Sequence record: PQ306574.1
DNA: 64,000 bases
Source: Escherichia phage vB_EcoM_PTE-Eco09
Direction: 5' to 3' (one strand)
The position numbers were made by a program, and so were the translations under genes. This document shows, one piece after another, positions 1-9,751 of the stretch. Every line of letters begins with the position of its first letter. Within the stretch, counting starts at the first letter, position 1. The notes beneath the pieces are model-generated. The model was not told where the DNA came from. It did no database searches and saw only the letters and a list, made by a program, of their open reading frames with translations.

Positions 1-17
1 GCTTTCGCCCCCTTTAA

Positions 18-3000
18 TTAGTCTTCCCAGATAAAGTCTACGGTACGAGTCAGATTATTGGCGATGATTTTAACATTACCAACCTTGATCCAGTCACGAA
101 CCGTCATAGAGTTCATTAAACCACCTTCTGCAACAACTGCCCCGATTTCCTGAGCGGTAGGCTTATTCTGTTTGGTGTAAATTTCACCCCATGCGGTCCA
201 TTGACCACCAGTACCGGAACGGATATAATGTTTATGAGTACCATCAGGGGACCAAAGCTGGGTAAGCCCGTCCGCGTCAGTACCCCATTGCATCAGAGTA
301 CCGTTTTTCTTCTCTGGATAAGTTTCTTTGATGTTCTGGGTAGTAACTCGCATATTCCAGAAACCGATGTTACCGATTGCCGGAGCGGTTGCCGCGCTAG
401 CTTCATGCTTAACAGAAACAATAGGCGCATTATCCATAGTCAGCTTGCCGACCATTGTATCGCCAGCATTCTTAACAAACCGACGGTTAAGAACTTCGTC
501 GGCGTTTCCTGCGTGTACGATCTGATATTTCTGTCCGGCGATCTCTGTAGTTAACGTTTGAGAACCTGCCTTGATGTTAACACTTCCACCGTGACCGATA
601 TTCAGCGTACCATCTGGGGAACGAGTCATTGCCGGATTAGACTGGTCAACAATGTATAAACCGCCTTGTTTCGCATACAGGTTACGACCTGCAATAAAGT
701 CTCTATATGCTGTCGCGTCGCCATTGTGTTTCATAGCAAAGGCGTAATGCTCAACGACTCCACCATCATTGATTTTACCGAAAGAGATAGCATCACTATC
801 AACAACTTGCGCTGTTCCAGTACCACCAACGATAATAGACCAAGAGTTTTTCATTCCTTCCGATGCGGTTGTGCCATGCAGAGTAATTCCGGTGTGACCG
901 TCAACTCCACGATCACCCAACACCAGATGACCATTACTCGGAACATCGGTCGAGTTCTTAGTCACAGACAGAGTTTCAAAGGAACCTGATTTTAAGCACT
1001 CTAAATCGCCCTTCACGTTAACGTTTTTATTAAACGTGTAATTGCTCTCTATGGTCTGATCAATGTCTCTACGCGCCCATTTAGAGGCCTCTACGTTACC
1101 CAATTTCAAACTATTCTGAGCGGTTGCCATCTTAGGTAAGAAATTAGCAAGTGCGTAGTTTAATCCTTTAGGGGTAACAGCAATTCCGTCATGCTGGTAG
1201 TTTCCTAGTTCTTGAGTAGAACCTTGCAGATTATCACCAACAAAACAGTTTTCCTGAGTAGCAACTTTCAAGAATCCACGACGCGCTTCGGTTGCTTTCC
1301 ATGTATCCTCTGTCTGAACAACATATTTGAAGTTCTTCGGAGAAATTGCTACATTGTCCATAATACCAGCCACGGTTTCGGCGTGAGTACCAACTCGGAT
1401 AATACCTTCTTTACCTTCGGTGGCCTTTTTGCCTTGCAGCTTTTTAGGCGTGATGATTGTAGTATCATCTTGACCAGCGTCAGTAAGCTGAGTAGTCGCA
1501 ACTTTAGCGACACCTTTTGTATCTTCGGTTGCATCCAGACCGCTGATCATGATACCTTGCCACAAATCACCAGTAAGGTTAAGCCCCTGAGTCGGATCTA
1601 CTTTCAAACGCTGTGCATTCTCAAAGAAGGTTTTAATCTTCAATGGGGTAGAAATGCGATCATCGTCACGACCTGCGTCAAATTCCGGCTGAGTTGCAAT
1701 TTCTGCTAAACCGTGTAAAGTTTCCGTTGCGCGGCGAGTATGCAACTTTTTAGGCGTGATGATATGGTTATCACTTTGACCTAAGTTTGTTTCTTCCTGA
1801 GTTGCAATTTCAGCGATACCAGTGCGCGATTCGGTAGCAGTACGTTTCGTTAGCGTGCGAGTCGTGATTAGTAAAGCATCTTGCGGGGTTGATTCTGTAG
1901 CCCCTTGCACTTCCGCGTCAGTTGCCAGATAGCCAACACCACGGGAAGTTTCGGTCGCCTTGACTTCGTTGATGTTTTGTGGCGTAACAATTTTAGCATG
2001 GTCGTTGATGTTATAGATCCCTGTACCAGCTTCGCCACGTCGAGCGGCAGCACTACCGCCAACCTGAACAATTTCAGCAATACCAGCGAGATCTTCGGAA
2101 GCGCGACGTTCTTCTAATTTCTTAGGAGTTATTGCGCGAGTATCGTCTAAACCTTCATTGGTTTCGTGCTGGGTTGCAATTTCCATCACACCACGACGGG
2201 CTTCGGTAGCAACACAGTCATTTAACTTTTTGGGTGTAACGATAACATCATCCAGGAAGTTGGAACCAGTATCTTGATGCGTTTCCGCTTGAGTCGCAAT
2301 GCGAGCAATACCGCGTCGAGTTTCGTTGGCTGTTTTATTAGACAGCATTTTTGGTGTTACAGCAACTTCGTCGCTAGGATTCTCTTCATGGTTTTTATTC
2401 GTTTCAGTCTGGGTAGCCAGTGCAATTACACCAACACGATCTTTACGAGTCGGATCTACTCGTTCTACAATCGGGTGAGCATGTGCCACCAACCAGTATT
2501 TCTTACCATCATCACCTTCTGAATAAGAGAACTCCAGATAAGGTACATAATCATTTGCAGCGTTGAAAGACAATTCAGACACTCCAGTCCATGTATCGGT
2601 CCCATTGAATGGGTACTCGCTACGCTTAGGAAACTGAACCATGTTTTTCTGCATAAGGATTTTTGTATCCTCTTCTGAGGTAATGATTCGGCAAGTCTGG
2701 TTTCCGTGCATATACTGCATAGAAACTTGAATACGATCACCCGGCTCGACATTGGTCGGCAGCGTCAGAGTAACATCACGACCACCAAATACAGCAACAT
2801 AGCTATTAGGTTGCAAGCGAGTGTCATTGATGATCGGTTTAAGACGAACAGACTGATCACCATCCCACAAACGCCATAAGTTTTCCGTCTTGTCAAAGAT
2901 GAATACACCATGACCGCTACGCTTACCGATAATCTCTTTTAGACCGGACGTGCCAATTGATTGTTCTTCTGCGTGCTCATGAACTTTAACCGTAACGTGG

Positions 3001-3758
3001 TTGGTTGCGGTTAATCCGTCAAGGTCTGTAGTCTGGATCATGTCGCCATTGTTGGCAAACTTAGGAAGCACTAAGGTAATATTACCCAACGAACTACGAC
3101 GAAATACCTGATCACCATTCTGCATTTGAATAGCATCAATCGCTGGCTGTGCGTACACACCGCGTGGCTCTGTTCCTGTCTGATAAACATGCCAACGATT
3201 ACGAACAAAGATGAAATAGTTCATTGCATACGGGGTAGTGCAATACCATTTTCGGTTGTACACATTACCGTTATGGTAAAACTCATGTCCTGTACTCAAA
3301 AACGATAATTCGTTAACACCACACTTGCCACCGATATCTTTTACTGTTATAGTGTCTCCCTCTGCTGGTTTAGTTGGCATAGAGAAAGTCAAGTTTGCAA
3401 ATTGACCATCTGCTGCGATATAATCACCAGACTGTAAAGGAGTATCACCGGAAGTTGCTGCAATATAATCCCAACGTGGGTCCGTGCGCAGTGCTTGCCA
3501 TTTAGTCGGGTCAAAATCACCTGCTGGCTTTGTGATATCTTCTTTTGCATAATACGGACGGTTTTGATAGATTGTAGTTCCGTATTGATCATAACCGCGA
3601 GTTGTGTCATACTGAGTAATGCCATTATGGTAATTGAAAAATTCAACGTTGACCGCATCCGTTGATGTGTTTTTATCTGCGTATGCTACATTGACGACCT
3701 TTTCATTACCAGCGTCAAAGCCAAATGTGGCCTTGAAATGTTGAGAAAAATCTGCCAT
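18..3758 (-). CDS. 34: long tail fiber proximal subunit (gp34-like)
   Basis: 1246-aa ORF; motifs IGGKxGVN, LPKFANNGD, ENLWRLWDGD, VQFPKRSEYP and C-terminal ...NVKIIANNLTRTVDFIWED match the T4 gp34 pattern as recalled; divergent from rnh as in T4. Confidence 0.85.
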   Translation of the reverse strand: MADFSQHFKATFGFDAGNEKVVNVAYADKNTSTDAVNVEFFNYHNGITQYDTTRGYDQYGTTIYQNRPYYAKEDITKPAGDFDPTKWQALRTDPRWDYIAATSGDTPLQSGDYIAADGQFANLTFSMPTKPAEGDTITVKDIGGKCGVNELSFLSTGHEFYHNGNVYNRKWYCTTPYAMNYFIFVRNRWHVYQTGTEPRGVYAQPAIDAIQMQNGDQVFRRSSLGNITLVLPKFANNGDMIQTTDLDGLTATNHVTVKVHEHAEEQSIGTSGLKEIIGKRSGHGVFIFDKTENLWRLWDGDQSVRLKPIINDTRLQPNSYVAVFGGRDVTLTLPTNVEPGDRIQVSMQYMHGNQTCRIITSEEDTKILMQKNMVQFPKRSEYPFNGTDTWTGVSELSFNAANDYVPYLEFSYSEGDDGKKYWLVAHAHPIVERVDPTRKDRVGVIALATQTETNKNHEENPSDEVAVTPKMLSNKTANETRRGIARIATQAETHQDTGSNFLDDVIVTPKKLNDCVATEARRGVMEIATQHETNEGLDDTRAITPKKLEERRASEDLAGIAEIVQVGGSAAARRGEAGTGIYNINDHAKIVTPQNINEVKATETSRGVGYLATDAEVQGATESTPQDALLITTRTLTKRTATESRTGIAEIATQEETNLGQSDNHIITPKKLHTRRATETLHGLAEIATQPEFDAGRDDDRISTPLKIKTFFENAQRLKVDPTQGLNLTGDLWQGIMISGLDATEDTKGVAKVATTQLTDAGQDDTTIITPKKLQGKKATEGKEGIIRVGTHAETVAGIMDNVAISPKNFKYVVQTEDTWKATEARRGFLKVATQENCFVGDNLQGSTQELGNYQHDGIAVTPKGLNYALANFLPKMATAQNSLKLGNVEASKWARRDIDQTIESNYTFNKNVNVKGDLECLKSGSFETLSVTKNSTDVPSNGHLVLGDRGVDGHTGITLHGTTASEGMKNSWSIIVGGTGTAQVVDSDAISFGKINDGGVVEHYAFAMKHNGDATAYRDFIAGRNLYAKQGGLYIVDQSNPAMTRSPDGTLNIGHGGSVNIKAGSQTLTTEIAGQKYQIVHAGNADEVLNRRFVKNAGDTMVGKLTMDNAPIVSVKHEASAATAPAIGNIGFWNMRVTTQNIKETYPEKKNGTLMQWGTDADGLTQLWSPDGTHKHYIRSGTGGQWTAWGEIYTKQNKPTAQEIGAVVAEGGLMNSMTVRDWIKVGNVKIIANNLTRTVDFIWED

Positions 3759-3792
3759 TATTGGGTCTCCTGTTATAATATGAAATTATTTA

Positions 3793-4374
3793 TTGTGTGA
3801 GGTGTTTGTTGTGGCAAAAACAAAATTTTGGGATATCGAGACACAGAAAGCGATAAAAGGTAGATTCTATCATGTCGATGGAATATTATACCATTTAAAG
3901 GATTCTGTAGCTGCTGGATTCCGAAAAGAAGGGTCCATATACAAAAAAGGTGATGTGGTAAGGGTATGTCTCCATAAAGAAGGATATTTATACTTTACAT
4001 TTTACAACAATGGTCATAAACTTAATCTGTTTGTACATAGAGTTGTCTGGTTTTTAGAGTATGGTACTCAGGTTGAACGAATAGATCACATAGACCAAGA
4101 CAAAACTAACAATAGACCGTCAAACATGAGAGAAGCAACCGAACAGCAAAATCAGTTTAACGTCTCAAAGAAAAAGGCTTGCCATAGCAAATATAAAGGT
4201 GTATCATTATCACCAAGCAAGAAAAAGCCGTGGAAGGCGTATATTGTTATCAATCGAAAGAATATACATCTAGGATACTTTGAGACAGAAGTTGAGGCGG
4301 CTAAGGCTTATGACCGTGCAGCACATGAAATAGTTGGCGAGTATGCTTATTTAAATTTTCCAAAAAGAGGATGA
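3793..4374 (+). CDS. HNH homing-endonuclease-like protein with AP2-type DNA-binding domain
   Basis: HNH-like block (IDHIDQDKTNNRPSNMRE) followed by AP2-like block (KPWKAYIVINRKNIHLGYFETEVEAAKAYDRAA); no in-frame ATG at 5' end, probable TTG/GTG start (3793/3802/3811) after SD GAGGTG. Confidence 0.55.
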   Translation: MCEVFVVAKTKFWDIETQKAIKGRFYHVDGILYHLKDSVAAGFRKEGSIYKKGDVVRVCLHKEGYLYFTFYNNGHKLNLFVHRVVWFLEYGTQVERIDHIDQDKTNNRPSNMREATEQQNQFNVSKKKACHSKYKGVSLSPSKKKPWKAYIVINRKNIHLGYFETEVEAAKAYDRAAHEIVGEYAYLNFPKRG

Positions 4375-4380
4375 TATATT

Positions 4381-4566
4381 ATGGTTAAAGTTGATTTGTC
4401 AGAAGGTGCAAAATGGGTAGTTGACAGAATCCCTGATAAGGATTACAATTATTTCCGCGCCGAATTAAACAATGCAATTCTGCGAGTTATGGAGAAGTAC
4501 GGGTATGACCGTGAAGTATCTAACTCGTTTGGCGAATATGTTGTTGTGAGAGTGGAGAGAACTTAA
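4381..4566 (+). CDS. hypothetical small protein
   Basis: 61-aa ORF tightly packed between HNH gene and rnh, ATG start; no recognisable domain. Confidence 0.4.
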   Translation: MVKVDLSEGAKWVVDRIPDKDYNYFRAELNNAILRVMEKYGYDREVSNSFGEYVVVRVERT

Positions 4567-4568
4567 TT

Positions 4569-5516
4569 ATGACGTATAACCCATTTACAAAAACGACCGC
4601 TACACTTAATGATTTCTTCGATGATCCAGAAGATAAACTGCCGGAAGGTGTGCATTTGATTGATATGTCGCAGCTTATGATTGCTACTATCTCACATACC
4701 TTTAAACCGGAAGATCCTATTAATGAAGGTATGATCCGTCATCTTATCCTTGACACCATGCGTTATAATATGACAAAATTCAAAGAGCAATACCCAATTA
4801 CGGTACTTGCCTTTGATTCAAGCAAAGGTTACTGGCGACGTGATATCGCCCCTTACTATAAACGCAACCGTAAGGAAAAACGAGACGCAGATCCGCGTGA
4901 TTGGGAGATGATCTTTGCTGCGATCAATAAGATCACCGAAGAGTTTAAAGAGAACATGCCTTATCACGTTATTAAGGTTGACAAAGTTGAAGCGGATGAT
5001 ATAATCGCTGTATTAACTAAAAAGTTTTCTGTAGAAGGTCGCCAGGTGCTAATCAACTCCGGCGATGGTGACTACACACAGTTGCACAAATACAAAAATG
5101 TGAAACAGTGGGCACCAGTACAGAAAGCGTGGAAGAAATGCAAATATGGTAGCCCTTACAAAGACCTTATGGTAAAATGTGTTAAGGGTGACGCAAAAGA
5201 CGGTGTAGCTTCTATCAAGTGCCGTAGTGATTTCATTATCTCACGACTGGAAGGAGAACGAGCTAAACCAATTGCAACCAAATGGTTAGAGCAAATTTTC
5301 GATGCCGAAGATCCAAAGTCTTTGATGACAGAGGAAGAAGCACGACGCTTTGACGAAAACCGCGAACTTATTGATTTTGAATTTATTCCTGATAACATCG
5401 AATATGAAATTTTGTTAGCATGGGAAAAATCTAAACCAGCACCACGCGGTAAAATTTATAACTATTTTGTAACAAATGCGTTAGTTAAAATGTTGCAGAA
5501 AATTGGTGAGTTCTAA
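4569..5516 (+). CDS. rnh: RNase H (5'-3' exonuclease / flap endonuclease)
   Basis: 315-aa ORF; strong similarity to recalled T4 RNase H (YWRRD..YYK.NR, MPY..., EADD.IAVL.KKFS.EG, GDGD(Y/F)TQLHKY.NVKQW, IPDNI, PPRGKIY.YFV). Confidence 0.9.
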   Translation: MTYNPFTKTTATLNDFFDDPEDKLPEGVHLIDMSQLMIATISHTFKPEDPINEGMIRHLILDTMRYNMTKFKEQYPITVLAFDSSKGYWRRDIAPYYKRNRKEKRDADPRDWEMIFAAINKITEEFKENMPYHVIKVDKVEADDIIAVLTKKFSVEGRQVLINSGDGDYTQLHKYKNVKQWAPVQKAWKKCKYGSPYKDLMVKCVKGDAKDGVASIKCRSDFIISRLEGERAKPIATKWLEQIFDAEDPKSLMTEEEARRFDENRELIDFEFIPDNIEYEILLAWEKSKPAPRGKIYNYFVTNALVKMLQKIGEF

Positions 5517-5526
5517 GGGTTGACAC

Positions 5527-6126
5527 ATGAAAGAACTTGAATTAAAATACTATGCACACTCACAAATTGGCGTCGAAACCATCTGTGATTTGTGGGTGGC
5601 AATGTATGACGGGTACAATCTCTTAGACCGAGATAACATATTAAAACACGAATTTTATTATGATACCGAAGATCATGCGCTACGTCAAAAAGGAATTTAT
5701 GCACGACTTGACTGTAGAAAATCAGAGATCATGGTCAAAATGGGTGATAATGAATCTGGACTATTCAACCGCGAGGAAATGACATTTTCAAATTGGGATG
5801 AGTTCGTCCATTTTATTGATAGTCTAGGGGTAAACTCCGACTATATCACTGCAATAATGCAAGTAATGACATATCGCAAGTCATTGACTCTAGATATGGG
5901 TTGTGGTATAGTGGAAATGTGCAAAGACACTTTCTATTATGGCAAAGTAGGCGAAGGATTGGGAAACACTGCTCATTATGAACTTGAGTTCGAGTTAAAA
6001 TCAGGTGATGAAAAAGCACTTGACATTATCCGAGAAATGATGCTAGAATATGTTGGTGACGATTTAAGTCCTAGCGAAATTTCAAAAGCTGAACGTGGTT
6101 TTCAATTAATGACGAAAGAGGGTTAA
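5527..6126 (+). CDS. CYTH-like (triphosphate tunnel metalloenzyme) domain protein
   Basis: 199-aa ORF beginning MKELELKYY (ExExK signature) with C-terminal acidic HYELEFELK motif; inserted between rnh and dsbA-like gene relative to T4 order. Confidence 0.45.
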   Translation: MKELELKYYAHSQIGVETICDLWVAMYDGYNLLDRDNILKHEFYYDTEDHALRQKGIYARLDCRKSEIMVKMGDNESGLFNREEMTFSNWDEFVHFIDSLGVNSDYITAIMQVMTYRKSLTLDMGCGIVEMCKDTFYYGKVGEGLGNTAHYELEFELKSGDEKALDIIREMMLEYVGDDLSPSEISKAERGFQLMTKEG

Positions 6127-6131
6127 ATATT

Positions 6132-6407
6132 ATGACTGAACAGAAAAAAGAAAAAGTAGTATTCGATGAAAATGTACACGGAAATACCCTGGCACAACTG
6201 ATTAAAGAAGCCAGCGATCAGAAAACCATTCAAGAAGCATATGGCGATAAGATCAAAGAGATCAAACAGCGTGCTAAAGAAGAATTAGGCGTAGATGGTA
6301 AAATGTGGGGCATTCTGTTTAAACTGTATCACCAGCAACAGCGCGAAACCTTCGAAGCAGAACGCGACGAAGCGGTAGAACTCTATGATCGGGTGTTCAA
6401 TGCTTAA
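6132..6407 (+). CDS. dsbA: DsbA-like dsDNA-binding protein (by synteny)
   Basis: 91-aa basic/acidic ORF in the position of T4 dsbA between rnh and 59; assignment by size and synteny only. Confidence 0.35.
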   Translation: MTEQKKEKVVFDENVHGNTLAQLIKEASDQKTIQEAYGDKIKEIKQRAKEELGVDGKMWGILFKLYHQQQRETFEAERDEAVELYDRVFNA

Positions 6408-6654
6408 TGAACATGCGGTAAAAGCCGCGAATAAAACAGCAAACGGTCTTGCAATCGAAAAACTGGTTGTTGAAGAGGGATTGACTTATCTTGAAGCGAC
6501 AACGCAGTTTGTAGAGGAAAACTCTATCGAATATGGTCACTATCAGAAGTATATTCCGGTGTCCATTATTGACAAGATCACACAAGAATGTATAGTAAAT
6601 AGAACACTCAGGAAGGGAGTGATCGACGAACCAACCAACACTCTCGATATTTAA
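6400..6654 (+). CDS. 33: gp33-like late transcription accessory protein (by synteny)
   Basis: ORF immediately upstream of gene 59, overlapping previous ORF; alternative start 6385; assignment by position only. Confidence 0.3.
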   Translation: MLNEHAVKAANKTANGLAIEKLVVEEGLTYLEATTQFVEENSIEYGHYQKYIPVSIIDKITQECIVNRTLRKGVIDEPTNTLDI

Positions 6655-6663
6655 GGGGTATGT

Positions 6664-7344
6664 ATGATCAGAAACCGTCTTCCTCCAGATCCAGATATGC
6701 GAATTAATGCTAAATCTGTGTATATGTTATATTGCATGATGAAAGCTCATATGAACGGGCGTTATGATTGCGTAAAATACAATTGGAGGATGCGGTTGTC
6801 TGATGCCGCATTCAATAAACGCAGAGATAAGTATTATTTCGCAAAATTAGCGGAAAAGTACAATCTAAGAGAATTATACTTCCTATTCCTAAGCAATCTG
6901 GTAGCTAATACCGATGCATGGGTAGGTGAAATCACCGATGTTGACGCATACGGGTTTTACATGGAGTACATCGGTAAAATCACTGATGCGGCAACACGAT
7001 TTGACGATGACATTAAAAGTCTTGTATACTTCTCAGAGAAACGCGGGGTTACTCTTAAAGAGCTAATTACATATAATCCCGCAACCGAAACTAGCGGTAT
7101 CTTTAAACTACTGCAAAATCGGATTATATCGTTTGAGTCGTTTATGTTGTTAGATAGCTTTCTAAATATAATCGACGAACACGACAAGGTAGCCAAAGAC
7201 TTGATTTGGCAAACTTATAGTGTTAAAATGAAGGCGTACAAGAAACTACTTGTTATTGACGCCGCAAAAGCAAGAGCATTATTTGTTAAAGTAGTTAAAG
7301 AGTGTAAAGAAATATCTCAATTAAAAGCCGAAACAAATAGTTGA
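6664..7344 (+). CDS. 59: helicase loader gp59
   Basis: 226-aa ORF; N-terminus (GKSVYxLYxMxKxHMNGxYDxxKYNWxMRxSDAAxxKRRDKYxFxKLxEKYxLxEL...SNLVANxDAWxG) matches recalled T4 gp59. Confidence 0.85.
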   Translation: MIRNRLPPDPDMRINAKSVYMLYCMMKAHMNGRYDCVKYNWRMRLSDAAFNKRRDKYYFAKLAEKYNLRELYFLFLSNLVANTDAWVGEITDVDAYGFYMEYIGKITDAATRFDDDIKSLVYFSEKRGVTLKELITYNPATETSGIFKLLQNRIISFESFMLLDSFLNIIDEHDKVAKDLIWQTYSVKMKAYKKLLVIDAAKARALFVKVVKECKEISQLKAETNS

Positions 7345-7368
7345 CAAGTAAATTTAAATCTGTATAAT
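7341..7368 (+). promoter_or_regulatory. sigma70-like promoter (TTGACA-16-TATAAT) upstream of gene 32
   Basis: TTGACA at 7341-7346, TATAAT at 7363-7368, followed by AT-rich leader before gene 32 (possible translational operator region). Confidence 0.5.
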
Positions 7369-7404
7369 AGTCTAGTAAATTAATCAAAAGAAGGAATAGT
7401 GAAT

Positions 7405-8373
7405 ATGTTTAAACGCCAAGATTCTTCCAAACTGCAAGCTCAACTGGCCGCACTGAAAGGTGGCAACGGTTTCTCCAAAGAAGATCCGAAAGAGTGGAAG
7501 ATTAAGACTGATGCAGCAGGTAACGGTGAAGCCCTGATTCGCTTCCTGCCGTCTAAGACAGAAGACGGTCTGCCGATTGTGAAACTGGTAAACCATTCCT
7601 TCAAAGTTAATGGCAAATGGTATTGGGAAAACTGCTCCAGCACCCACGGTGATTTTGATTCTTGCCCTGTGTGCAAATATATTAACGAAAAAGACTTGTA
7701 CAATACCGATAAAACCGAATGGCAACTGATTAAGCGTAAAGCGTCTTACTACGCAAACATTCTGGTACTGAAAGATCCTCAAGCACCAGAAAATGAAGGT
7801 AAGGTATTCAAATTCCGCTTCGGTCAGAAAATTTATGATAAGATCGTTGCAATGGTGAACGTGAATACCGATATGGGCGAAGTTCCGGTCGATGTAACTT
7901 GTGTGTTCTCTGGTGCTAACTTCCTCCTGAAAGCTAAGAAGGTTGATAAACACCAGAACTATGATGATTCTCGTTTCATGCAGCAATCACAGCTTCCGAA
8001 AATTGAAGACGAAGCATATCAGAAATATCTGATGGAAAACATGGTTGATCTGAGTGAGATTGTAGCGCCTAGCCAGTTTAAACCGTTCGATGAACTGGAA
8101 ACCAAATTTAAGAAAACTATGGGCGTTTCTATGGTAGCTGGTGCTGCGGCTTCCAGTGCTGCGGCAGCGATTAACAGCCAGCTTGACGATTTTGACGCAC
8201 AGATGAATGCATTCGATTCTGGTATGACCGCAGCTAACACTGTAGTTGGTATTAACGCAGCTAGCACGGCGTTAGATTCTTCCGCTGATGACCTGATGGC
8301 ATCTCTGGACCTGGGTGGCGGTACTTCCTCCGCTTCTGATCTGGATGATCTTGACGCTCTGTTAGGGATGTAA
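7405..8373 (+). CDS. 32: single-stranded DNA-binding protein gp32
   Basis: Strong match to recalled T4 gp32 (LPSKxEDG, VNHxFKxNGKWYxExCSSTHGDxDSCPVCxYI, [29 protein letters not shown]); ATG at 7405 preceded by SD AAGGAA. Confidence 0.95.
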   Translation: MFKRQDSSKLQAQLAALKGGNGFSKEDPKEWKIKTDAAGNGEALIRFLPSKTEDGLPIVKLVNHSFKVNGKWYWENCSSTHGDFDSCPVCKYINEKDLYNTDKTEWQLIKRKASYYANILVLKDPQAPENEGKVFKFRFGQKIYDKIVAMVNVNTDMGEVPVDVTCVFSGANFLLKAKKVDKHQNYDDSRFMQQSQLPKIEDEAYQKYLMENMVDLSEIVAPSQFKPFDELETKFKKTMGVSMVAGAAASSAAAAINSQLDDFDAQMNAFDSGMTAANTVVGINAASTALDSSADDLMASLDLGGGTSSASDLDDLDALLGM

Positions 8374-8384
8374 TGAATTTTACA

Positions 8385-8408
8385 GCCTCCCTCCGGGAGG
8401 CTTTTTTA
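8385..8408 (+). terminator. intrinsic terminator after gene 32
   Basis: GCCTCCC-TCC-GGGAGGC hairpin followed by TTTTTTA. Confidence 0.7.
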
Positions 8409-8433
8409 TTGCCTAAAATTTTATGAAAAGGTG

Positions 8434-8461
8434 TTGACATGCTTATGTGGTAATGTATAAT
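8434..8461 (+). promoter_or_regulatory. early sigma70-like promoter (TTGACA-16-TATAAT) with conserved leader
   Basis: TTGACA 8434-8439, TATAAT 8456-8461, then conserved GCACACATCGAAACA leader and SD. Confidence 0.6.
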
Positions 8462-8491
8462 GCACACATCGAAACAATGGAGGATAAAAAT

Positions 8492-9706
8492 ATGTTAGTA
8501 CGTCAAGCGCATGAAATTGAATGGACTAAGGAGAAACATAATTGTAGAGCGAAAAGCCCAACAGATTTTTATGGTAAAATTTTAGAAATATGTAAAACAG
8601 AAAATTTAGTTTTTGTCGGCTTTGTTGGGGAATGGGAAGGAAACAAAACAAAAATAAAACTTATCTGCGAACATGGTCATGAATGGATATGTTCGATAGA
8701 TAAATTTGTAAGTAAAGGAACAAGATGTTCTCATAAACAATGTAAAGGTAAACGAATATCTAAAAAATTGTCTATATCCGAAACGGAATACAAAACGAGA
8801 ATTTTAGAAATATGTGAAACTGAAAATCTAATTTTCTTAGGTTTTGTTGGTGAATGGAAAGGGTGTGATACTAAAATTCGCATAAAATGCAAATACGGTC
8901 ATGAATGGGATGTATCTATATATAGCTTCACAAAAATGAATACCAGATGCCCTACATGCGCAGGACAGAACAGGACAAAAGACGAATACAAAACGAGAAT
9001 TTTAGAAATATGTGAAACTGAAAATATAATTTTCTTAGGTTTTGTTGGTGAATGGAAAGGATGCCGCACAAAAATAAAACTTAGCTGCAAACACGGTCAT
9101 GAATGGATATCTTCCATATTATGTTTTGTGTATCAAAATACTCGCTGTCCTGTATGTGTTGGTAGATTGTCTATCGACGATAGAATGATACAGATTAATC
9201 AAGTTTGCAATTCTTTAGGTTATGTAATAATTAAGATCCACGAAGAATGGAAAAACACAGAAACTAAAATTGATGTTAAATGTTTATGTGATTATATATG
9301 GACAACAACAATACATAGAGTCATACATGGGACTACAGGTTGCAGAAAGTGTGCTACACATGGATACAATACAAAAAAATCGGGGACTCTTTATATACAG
9401 AAATTAACCAACGATGATTCCTTTGTTGGTGTGAAATTTGGAATAACAAACAGAGACACGAATGAACGAATGAAAAACCAATCATCAAAGTCTAAATTCG
9501 ACCATGAGATCTTTTATGAATTGACTTTACAAGACGGTCAAAAGATCTTAGAATTAGAGAACAAGATCAAGAAAGCGATGAAAGGTAAAACTTCCTATAT
9601 CTCAAAAGAAGATATGCCGGATGGCTGGACCGAAACAGTAGCGCCGTCTGAATTGAGCACTATCATGTATATCGTAAAAACTTTTGAAAAAGAGTTGACA
9701 GCGTAA
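8492..9706 (+). CDS. protein with three tandem Cys/His zinc-ribbon-like repeats and C-terminal T5orf172/GIY-YIG-superfamily-like domain
   Basis: Repeated block YKTRILEICETENxIFLGFVGEWKGCxTKIxxxCKxGHEW...TRCPxC three times; C-terminus LYIQKL...FVGVKFGITNRDTNERMK resembles T5orf172; occupies the segG position between 32 and frd. Confidence 0.5.
   Translation: MLVRQAHEIEWTKEKHNCRAKSPTDFYGKILEICKTENLVFVGFVGEWEGNKTKIKLICEHGHEWICSIDKFVSKGTRCSHKQCKGKRISKKLSISETEYKTRILEICETENLIFLGFVGEWKGCDTKIRIKCKYGHEWDVSIYSFTKMNTRCPTCAGQNRTKDEYKTRILEICETENIIFLGFVGEWKGCRTKIKLSCKHGHEWISSILCFVYQNTRCPVCVGRLSIDDRMIQINQVCNSLGYVIIKIHEEWKNTETKIDVKCLCDYIWTTTIHRVIHGTTGCRKCATHGYNTKKSGTLYIQKLTNDDSFVGVKFGITNRDTNERMKNQSSKSKFDHEIFYELTLQDGQKILELENKIKKAMKGKTSYISKEDMPDGWTETVAPSELSTIMYIVKTFEKELTA
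8578..9150 (+). repeat. intragenic tandem repeats (about 200-225 bp units, 3 copies)
   Basis: Near-identical stretches such as ACGAGAATTTTAGAAATATGTGAAACTGAAAAT...TTTCTTAGGTTTTGTTGGTGAATGGAAAGG at about 8801 and 8999, and a diverged copy at about 8578. Confidence 0.7.
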
Positions 9707-9722
9707 CGCAATAGTGTATAAT
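9695..9722 (+). promoter_or_regulatory. early sigma70-like promoter
   Basis: TTGACA 9695-9700 (inside 3' end of upstream CDS), TATAAT 9717-9722, conserved GCACATATCGAAACA leader. Confidence 0.55.
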
Positions 9723-9751
9723 GCACATATCGAAACAACGGAGGATTAACA

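Noticed and set aside
201-1709. Several + strand ORFs (201-554, 328-525, 666-989, 1212-1709) inside the gene 34 region
   Set aside because: They lie antisense within a well-supported 1246-aa tail fiber gene and have no RBS or recognisable domains; typical shadow ORFs.
8447-8491. Upstream ATG (8447) of the ORF track for the zinc-ribbon repeat protein
   Set aside because: This ATG lies inside the promoter spacer/-10 region; the ATG at 8492 follows the conserved leader and SD GGAGGA.
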